A DNA stretch of 64,000 nucleotides from Bacteroidales bacterium (GTDB taxonomy: Bacteria; Bacteroidota; Bacteroidia; Bacteroidales; P3), in contig JAISIA010000024.1 in the NCBI GenBank assembly GCA_031262295.1, positions 10,659-74,658 of the forward strand, written 5' to 3'. The notes beneath the pieces were generated by a model. It had not been told where the DNA came from. It saw only the letters and a list, made by a program, of their open reading frames with translations, and did not search any database. The translations under genes were made by a program, and so were the position numbers. Shown here piece by piece: positions 58,059 through 64,000 of the stretch (its first letter is position 1; the number at the start of each line of letters is the position of its first letter).

Positions 58059-59228
58059 ATGGAAGTAAATAGTTCAGATTACACAATCTTAATAACAGAT
58101 GACGTTAAAGCTAATGTCATTTTATTAAAAGCTATAATCAAAAAATGTGGATACAAGGTTTTGGAAGCGAGTAACGGAAAAGAATGCCTTGAGGTTTTCC
58201 ACCAACAAAAACCTGATTTAATCCTATTAGATATAATGATGCCTATCATGAATGGGTATGAAGTTATGGAGGCAATACGTGGAGGAGATTTCTACAACGA
58301 TGTTACTATTATATTCATAACTGCATTAGATAATAAAAGCGATGTTATAAAGGGATTAAAGGCAGGAGCAAATGACTATATATCTAAACCTTTTAATGGA
58401 GAAGAATTAGAAGTTAGAGTAAAACATCAAATTTCCCTTGTAGCAGCAAAAAGAAAAATAGAAGAGCAAACACAATCTTTGATAAATACTATAAAGAATA
58501 GAGATAAATTATATTCAGTTATTGCTCATGATTTGCGTTCTCCATTAAGTAGCATAAAGATGATAATAAATCTTTTGGTGGATGAATTGGGCGAAGGCAA
58601 GATTGATGAAGAACTATACAACCTCTTAAATGAGGCTAACACAACAACAGAAAACCTATTCATACTTTTAGATAACCTTCTTAAATGGACAAAGACCCAA
58701 TTGGGCAAATTTAATATATCGGTTCAAAAGATAGATATAAATGCTCTAATGGAAGGACTATTAAATCTCTATTCCCTACTTGCAAGTAATAAAAACATAA
58801 AGATAATTGTAGATAATCAGGCTAAGCAATTAGAGATTAATTCCGACCCAGACATAGTAAAAACAATTACACGTAACCTTTTATCAAATGCAATAAAGTT
58901 TTCATACGAAGGAGGTGAAATTACCCTTACAATAAAAGAAGATGGAGACAATCTACAAGTTAGTGTTAAGGATAATGGAATAGGTATTGCAGATAAGGAT
59001 AAAAACTTTGTCCTTTCAGATAAAGAAACAGGCTATTCTTCTTTTGGAACTGCCAATGAAGAAGGAAGTGGATTGGGATTAAGTCTTTGTCAAGACTTCG
59101 TACATAAGCTAAAAGGAAAAATATGGTTTGAATCTGAATTTGAAAAAGGTTCAACTTTCTACTTTTCAATCCCTAAAAATCTTGTTTTAGACGAAGATTC
59201 CCAAGAGCAAAATGTAGTTATTGAATAG
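58059..59228 (+). CDS. cytoplasmic hybrid receiver-histidine kinase
   Basis: 389 aa. N-terminal receiver (ILITDD...DLILLDIMMPIMNG...KPF), H-box IAHDLRSPL and an HATPase_c G-box (GSGLGLSL). No TM segment. Confidence 0.85.
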   Translation: MEVNSSDYTILITDDVKANVILLKAIIKKCGYKVLEASNGKECLEVFHQQKPDLILLDIMMPIMNGYEVMEAIRGGDFYNDVTIIFITALDNKSDVIKGLKAGANDYISKPFNGEELEVRVKHQISLVAAKRKIEEQTQSLINTIKNRDKLYSVIAHDLRSPLSSIKMIINLLVDELGEGKIDEELYNLLNEANTTTENLFILLDNLLKWTKTQLGKFNISVQKIDINALMEGLLNLYSLLASNKNIKIIVDNQAKQLEINSDPDIVKTITRNLLSNAIKFSYEGGEITLTIKEDGDNLQVSVKDNGIGIADKDKNFVLSDKETGYSSFGTANEEGSGLGLSLCQDFVHKLKGKIWFESEFEKGSTFYFSIPKNLVLDEDSQEQNVVIE

Positions 59229-59308
59229 TCGTTTCAAAGAAAAACTAAAAACTTTTTAAAGAAAATAATATTTTTTTCATAATTATTGCCCTTAAAAAGG
59301 CAATAAAA

Positions 59309-59349
59309 AAACAGGAGATAAATAATTTTATTTCCTGTTTTCTATTTTT
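59309..59349. terminator. bidirectional terminator between the kinase gene and the tRNA pair
   Basis: aaacagga (59309-59316) pairs with tcctgttt (59333-59340). An A-run lies upstream and a T-rich tract downstream. Confidence 0.55.
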
Positions 59350-59353
59350 CTTG

Positions 59354-59438
59354 TACCCCGAGCGGGACTTGAACCCGCACGAACTCAACGTTCACAGGAT
59401 TTTAAGTCCTGCGTGTCTACCAATTCCACCATCAGGGC
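59354..59438 (-). tRNA. tRNA-Leu (anticodon TAA)
   Basis: Reverse complement GCCCTGATGGTGGAATTGGTAGACACGCAGGACTTAAAATCCTGTGAACGTTGAGTTCGTGCGGGTTCAAGTCCCGCTCGGGGTA. It folds by hand into a cloverleaf with a long variable arm, anticodon loop CTTAAAA and discriminator A. The acceptor stem has two G-U pairs. Confidence 0.8.
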
Positions 59439-59459
59439 GAGAATTTATTTCTTGTGGTG

Positions 59460-59532
59460 AGCGGAAAACGGGACTCGAACCCGCGACCCCAACCTTGGCA
59501 AGGTTGTGCTCTACCAACTGAGCTACTTCCGC
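59460..59532 (-). tRNA. tRNA-Gly (anticodon GCC)
   Basis: Reverse complement GCGGAAGTAGCTCAGTTGGTAGAGCACAACCTTGCCAAGGTTGGGGTCGCGGGTTCGAGTCCCGTTTTCCGCT. It forms a 73-nt cloverleaf with anticodon loop TTGCCAA and discriminator U. Track ORF 59454..59639 is an artefact over it. Confidence 0.9.
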
Positions 59533-59583
59533 TTAATTTCAGGGTGCAAAAATACATCTTTTTTCTCTCTCTCCAAATTTTTT

Positions 59584-62175
59584 CTACACTTTTTCTATTA
59601 ATTTCTTTATCTCATTTAATTTTACAAGAGCTTCCATAGGAGTTAAGTTGTTAATATCAGTGTTTAATATATCTTCTTTTATCTCTATTAGTATAGGATC
59701 GTCTAATTGTACAAAGCTTAATTGAAAACCCTCTGTAAGGTTTTTTTCTTTATTCTTTGCAATCAACTTCCCCTTATTATTAGTTTGCTTTTTTTCCAAA
59801 TTTTCTAAAATTTCCTCTGCCAAAGACAAAACATCCTTAGGCATACCTGCAAGTTTTGCAACATGTATTCCAAAACTTTGAGAGCTGCCTCCCAAAGAAA
59901 TTTTCCTTAAAAAGATAACATCCTTACCCACCTCCTTAACACTTACATGGAAATTCTTTATTCTTTGATAGCATTGCTCCATTTCAATTAGTTCATGATA
60001 GTGAGTTGCAAACAAAACCTTAGCTTTTGACTTTTCATCATGCAAATATGCAGCAATAGCCCAAGCAATAGAAACCCCATCATAAGTACTCGTTCCCCTC
60101 CCTATCTCATCCAAAAGGACCAAAGAGCGGGAAGAAAGATTATTTAATATGCTTGCAGTCTCATTCATCTCTACCATAAAAGTACTTTCTCCCGAAGATA
60201 TATTGTCAGATGCACCAACGCGAGTAAAAATCCTATCAACTATACCTATATCACAACTTTTTGCAGAGACCATACTTCCAATCTGTGCCATTAAAACAAT
60301 TAGAGCATTCTGACGAAGATAGGCACTCTTTCCCGACATATTAGGTCCTGTGATTATTTCTATTTGTTGTGTTTCATTATCCAAATAAAGATCATTTGCA
60401 ATGTAGGTTTCGCCCGCTTTTAACATTCGTTCTATAACAGGATGTCTTCCTCCCACTATGTTTAAAGCAAAACCTTCATTCATATTTGGGCAAACATAGT
60501 TATTCTCTATGGCAGAAAAAGAAAAACCAAGCAAGCAATCCAACTCAGAGATTATTGAAGCATTGGTTTGCAAAGTAGAAATATATGGAATAATCTTAGA
60601 CAAAAGTTCTGCATATATCTTATTTTCTATCTCCTCTATCCTACTTTGCGAGGAAAGAATCCTCGTTTCAAAGTCCTTTAATTCCTCTGTTATGTATCTT
60701 TCACTATTTGTTAGGGTCTGTTTTCTATGCCAAGAAGAAGGCACCTTGTCCTTATGAGTATTTGTCACTTCCAAATAGTAGCCAAAAACGTTATTATAGG
60801 ATATTTTAAGTGAAGGTATATTGGTGTTTTCTGCCTCTTTTTGTTGTAGTTTTAAAAGATATTGCTTTGCATTTATAGAGATTTCTCTTATGGAATCCAA
60901 CTCTTGGTCATAACCTTTTTTTACAAAATCACCCTTACTTACATTATTGGGAGAATCTTCTTTAAGAGTTAGATCAATTATATCCATTAAAGAAGAACAA
61001 CTATCTAACATTTTCACCCTTTCCAAAGCAGGGAAATCACTACAATTATGCTTAATTTGTTCAATTTCTTTTAGGATATTTTTCAATTGAACAACCTCAT
61101 TGGGTTGTATTCTTCCGTATGCAGCCTTAGCTATCATCCTCTCCAAATCCCCTATCCTTCTTATATTACCTGCCAAATGGTAGGATAGGTCTTCTTTTTC
61201 AATAAAGGTTCTTACAATTGAATGTCTTTTTTCTATCTCTTGCTTATTTATAAGAGGCAAAACTATCCATCTTTGAAGCAATCTTGCCCCCATATTGGAT
61301 TGTGTTTTATTTAGAATATTAAATAGTGTTGCTTTTTGATTGTTTGGTGAAGAAATAAGTTCCAAATTGGCTATTGTAAATCTATCCAACCATAGATAAT
61401 TACTATTATTTACAGGAGATATTTTTTGAATATGAGAAACCAGAGTATGTTTTGTTTCATTTAGATAGTGGAATATAGCACCAGAGGCAATAATACCCAA
61501 AGGCATATTTTCAACACCAAAACCTTTTAGAGAATTTACTCCAAAATGTTTTTGTAGAACCTCGTATGCAAAATCCAAATTAAAGACCCAATCTTCAAAA
61601 CAATTGGTATAGTATTGCTCAGAGAAGGTTTCTTCAAACAATCTAAGCCTTTGCTTTTGCACAAGGACCTCTTTGGGTGAAAAAGACTCTATTAGTTTTT
61701 CCATATCTTGCTTTTTACCCTCAGAAATGACAAATTCGCCCGTCCCAATATCCAAAAAGGATACGCCTAAATTATCTTTATCGTAGTGAATTGCTGCAAG
61801 GAAATTATTCTCTCTTTCTTCTGTTGTCTTTTCATTATATGATAATGCTGGCGTTACAACCTCTGTCACCCCTCTTTTTACTATTCCCTTAACCAATTTG
61901 GGGTCTTCCAATTGCTCACATATAGCACAGCGTTTGCCAGCTTTTACCAACTTGGGTAAATATGTATCAATTGAATGATAGGGAAAGCCAGCTAAGGGGG
62001 AATTTGCCCGTTTTGTTAGGGTTATATTTAATATTTTTGAACTCTCTATCGCATCCTCATTGAATGTTTCATAGAAATCTCCTACCCTAAACAATAATAT
62101 AGCATCGGGATATTTTGCCTTTATAAGATTGTATTGCCTCATCAAAGGAGTTAAACCTTCATCACTTTTTATCAC
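59584..62175 (-). CDS. mutS: DNA mismatch repair protein MutS
   Basis: 863 aa. Motifs TPLMRQY, FYETF, Walker A GPNMSGKS, DEIGRGTST and THYHEL. Confidence 0.95.
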   Translation of the reverse strand: MIKSDEGLTPLMRQYNLIKAKYPDAILLFRVGDFYETFNEDAIESSKILNITLTKRANSPLAGFPYHSIDTYLPKLVKAGKRCAICEQLEDPKLVKGIVKRGVTEVVTPALSYNEKTTEERENNFLAAIHYDKDNLGVSFLDIGTGEFVISEGKKQDMEKLIESFSPKEVLVQKQRLRLFEETFSEQYYTNCFEDWVFNLDFAYEVLQKHFGVNSLKGFGVENMPLGIIASGAIFHYLNETKHTLVSHIQKISPVNNSNYLWLDRFTIANLELISSPNNQKATLFNILNKTQSNMGARLLQRWIVLPLINKQEIEKRHSIVRTFIEKEDLSYHLAGNIRRIGDLERMIAKAAYGRIQPNEVVQLKNILKEIEQIKHNCSDFPALERVKMLDSCSSLMDIIDLTLKEDSPNNVSKGDFVKKGYDQELDSIREISINAKQYLLKLQQKEAENTNIPSLKISYNNVFGYYLEVTNTHKDKVPSSWHRKQTLTNSERYITEELKDFETRILSSQSRIEEIENKIYAELLSKIIPYISTLQTNASIISELDCLLGFSFSAIENNYVCPNMNEGFALNIVGGRHPVIERMLKAGETYIANDLYLDNETQQIEIITGPNMSGKSAYLRQNALIVLMAQIGSMVSAKSCDIGIVDRIFTRVGASDNISSGESTFMVEMNETASILNNLSSRSLVLLDEIGRGTSTYDGVSIAWAIAAYLHDEKSKAKVLFATHYHELIEMEQCYQRIKNFHVSVKEVGKDVIFLRKISLGGSSQSFGIHVAKLAGMPKDVLSLAEEILENLEKKQTNNKGKLIAKNKEKNLTEGFQLSFVQLDDPILIEIKEDILNTDINNLTPMEALVKLNEIKKLIEKV

Positions 62176-62220
62176 TTAAAATATTTATTTCAGTATAATT
62201 AACCTTTACTCTTAAAAAAG

Positions 62221-62228
62221 CAAAGATA
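62221..62228 (-). promoter_or_regulatory. -7 box upstream of mutS
   Basis: Complement reads TATCTTTG, 45 nt upstream of start 62175. Confidence 0.4.
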
Positions 62229-62328
62229 CAAAAAAAATTAAACAATAATTAATAAGTTTTTATCGTTAGATATTTGGTGTAATGAAAGAGTTTTTGAGAA
62301 AGGAAAAGAAAAAAATTGTAAAAAAAAT

Positions 62329-62360
62329 TTGTTAATACCATATAAATGTATTAATTTAGC
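62329..62360 (+). promoter_or_regulatory. candidate tonB promoter
   Basis: TTTG (62329-62332), 20 nt, TAATTTAG (62353-62360; one mismatch), 30 nt upstream of ATG 62390. Confidence 0.45.
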
Positions 62361-62389
62361 CCCCTGAAAACCTATAAAATTAAAATATT

Positions 62390-63085
62390 ATGGAAACAAA
62401 AAAGACACCAAAAGCAAATTTAGAATTAAGAAAAGGCTTATTCTTAAAGATAGGTCTTGTTTTCGCATTATTAATTGTAATAGCTGCCTTTGAATGGCGA
62501 AGTTATGATAGTAGCGATGATTTAAAATTTGAACGCCAAGCCGTATCTGAAGTTGAAGAGGTAGTAATTACTATTCAGGAAGAGACACCTCCACCTCCAC
62601 CAGAGGAGGCTCCACAATTGGAAACTACAGAATATGTAGTCGTGGATGATGATAAGAAAATTGAAGGTCCAGAAGTAGATCCAACAATATTTTCAAGAAC
62701 AGATAATATAACTATTAATCCTTCCATAAAAATAGAACCTGAACCAGAAACAGTGCAAGAAGAACCTAAGTTTTTCGTAGTTGTGGAACAGGATGCAGAG
62801 TTTCCTGGAGGTTATGGCAAAGCTTTAGAATATTTAAAAAAGACTATTAAATATCCTCAGCAAGCAAGAGAAACTGGAACAAAAGGAAGAGTAATCCTTC
62901 AGTTTATTGTAGAGTTGGATGGTAGTTTAACAGATATTAAAATTCTTAGAGATATTGGTGGCGGTTGCGGAGCTGAGGCTATAAGAGCAGTAAAACTTAT
63001 GCCAAAATGGAATCCTGCAAAACAAAGAGGGAAGACTGTTCGTCAGCAATTTCAATTACCAGTAGATTTTAATTTGGAAGGATAA
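62390..63085 (+). CDS. energy transducer TonB-family protein
   Basis: 231 aa. N-terminal TM anchor, Pro/Glu-rich spacer (EETPPPPPEEAP) and a C-terminal TonB domain (AEFPGG...GRVILQFIVELDGSLTDIKILR). Confidence 0.85.
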   Translation: METKKTPKANLELRKGLFLKIGLVFALLIVIAAFEWRSYDSSDDLKFERQAVSEVEEVVITIQEETPPPPPEEAPQLETTEYVVVDDDKKIEGPEVDPTIFSRTDNITINPSIKIEPEPETVQEEPKFFVVVEQDAEFPGGYGKALEYLKKTIKYPQQARETGTKGRVILQFIVELDGSLTDIKILRDIGGGCGAEAIRAVKLMPKWNPAKQRGKTVRQQFQLPVDFNLEG

Positions 63086-63110
63086 TTTATTTTATAATTT
63101 CATAAGCGAA

Positions 63111-63148
63111 AAAACTTCAAATGTTGAAAAGCATTTGAAGTTTTTTTT
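63111..63148 (+). terminator. rho-independent terminator of the tonB-like gene
   Basis: aaaacttcaaatg / catttgaagtttt stem with an 8-nt loop, followed by a T8 run. Confidence 0.8.
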
Positions 63149-63170
63149 ATTTAAAACCATATTATTTCTC

Positions 63171-63529
63171 CAATTAAACGAAGAAAAAAAGAAATAAAAC
63201 GAAGAAATAATTTTTTTAAACGAAGAAATAATTTACTAAAACGAAGAAATATTTTTCTAAAACGAAGATTTAATTTTATTGAAAAATAAACACATAAAAA
63301 TACTACCAGACTTCCGCAAGGACGAACAAAAGTCGGTTGCCGACAAACGAAGATTTAATTTTATTGAATTATAAACACATAAAAATACTACCAGACTTCC
63401 GCAAGGACAAATAAAGGTCGGTTGCCGACTACCAGACTTCCGTAAGGACGAATTAAAAGTCGGTTGCCGACAAAATCAGACTTTTGGTTAGGAAAAATTA
63501 AATGTCTATTGCCGACAATGTTAAAAATT
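63171..63529 (+). repeat. intergenic repeat locus G: 5 phased 21-bp repeats + 4 hairpin units (with an 85-bp tandem duplication)
   Basis: The 21-bp units span 63171-63277 (CG at 63179, 63200, 63221, 63242, 63263). Hairpin units lie at 63306-63344, 63391-63429, 63430-63471 and 63472-63516 (degenerate). An aatgttaaaaa box lies at 63517-63529. Confidence 0.9.
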
Positions 63530-63581
63530 ATGTATTATTTTATAGATATTGGCTATAAAATAGAGAAAAATTTAGTAAAAT

Positions 63582-63613
63582 TTTGCTAATACTATATAAA
63601 TATATTAATTTAG
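63582..63613 (+). promoter_or_regulatory. orphan copy of the tonB promoter
   Basis: TTTG (63582-63585), 20 nt, TAATTTAG (63606-63613). By hand count, 47 of 52 aligned positions are identical to 62329-62380. Confidence 0.45.
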
Positions 63614-63663
63614 CACCCTGAAAACTTATAAAAAAATAAAATCCGTTGAAATTTCATATAAGA

Positions 63664-63699
63664 AAAACTTCAAATGTTGAAAGGCATTTGAAGTTTTTT
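63664..63699 (+). terminator. second copy of the tonB terminator, upstream of the ABC-F gene
   Basis: aaaacttcaaatgttgaaaggcatttgaagtttttt differs at one loop position from 63111-63146. It lies 50 nt after the orphan promoter copy and 65 nt before ATG 63764. Confidence 0.7.
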
Positions 63700-63763
63700 G
63701 ATGTTAAATGGAATTATTATTTTTGCACAATAAGACAATGCAAATAAGACAAGTAGAATACAA

Positions 63764-64000
63764 ATGATTACTATTAATAATCTATCGGTTTCTTTCTCTG
63801 GTGTGGAGCTTTTTGATAATGTTTCCTTTGTTGTTTCTGATAAGGATAAAATTGGTTTAGTTGGAAAAAATGGAGCAGGGAAAAGTACCATTATGAAAAT
63901 TATTGCAAAAAAAGAACCCTTACAAAAAGGCACAATAATTATACCTAAATATCAAAGCATAGGTTATCTTCCCCAAGAGATGATACCTTTGCAAACTATG
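63764..64000 (+). CDS. ABC-F family ATPase, N-terminal 79 codons (continues beyond window)
   Basis: Own translation: MITINNLSVSFSGVELFDNVSFVVSDKDKIGLVGKNGAGKSTIMKIIAKKEPLQKG. Walker A GKNGAGKS. Minus-strand track ORF 63670..63933 is an antisense artefact. Confidence 0.8.
   Translation, partial: MITINNLSVSFSGVELFDNVSFVVSDKDKIGLVGKNGAGKSTIMKIIAKKEPLQKGTIIIPKYQSIGYLPQEMIPLQTM

Noticed and set aside
59454-59639. 61-aa plus-strand ORF.
   Set aside because: It lies antisense over tRNA-Gly and the mutS 3' end and is an artefact.
63670-63933. 87-aa minus-strand ORF.
   Set aside because: It lies antisense to the N-terminus of a clear ABC-F ATPase (Walker A GKNGAGKS on the plus strand) and spans the terminator hairpin.

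Overview
AT-rich segment (roughly 30% G+C by eye) from a Bacteroidota chromosome. The assignment rests on a PorV-like T9SS protein, two cargo proteins with T9SS C-terminal sorting domains, a 287-aa RpoD and many TAnnTTTG -7 promoter boxes. The organism is probably an anaerobe, because HydG and an iron-only hydrogenase regulator are present. I call 51 protein genes and 2 tRNAs. Most are housekeeping: valS, ispF, ruvB, aguA/aguB, glmS, trpS, rsmI, ridA, nadD, rpoD, mutS and a TonB-like gene. A 10-gene exopolysaccharide locus (47.9-59.2 kb) is bracketed by receiver-domain proteins. Two things are not ordinary. (1) Seven intergenic loci carry an ORF-less modular repeat family. Its modules are phased 21-bp AAAACG repeats, about 40-bp double-hairpin units whose stems co-vary, and TTTAACATTT boxes. 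In three roughly 0.5-1 kb copies there is also an internal canonical Bacteroidetes promoter that fires into the 21-bp array. No transposase or integrase is present in the window. These units abut or even supply the stop codons of flanking genes. (2) A two-gene accessory module at 25.9-27.6 kb pairs an AAA_21/COG1106-type ATPase, the class seen in abortive-infection systems, with a 148-aa partner. The partner overlaps the ATPase by 29 nt and shows none of the usual Toprim or HNH features, so this is a candidate uncharacterised defence pair. Also notable is an orphan copy of the tonB promoter/leader fused to a copy of the tonB terminator, upstream of an ABC-F gene. All coordinates of non-coding features were derived by hand and may be off by a few nt. 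No database search was possible.
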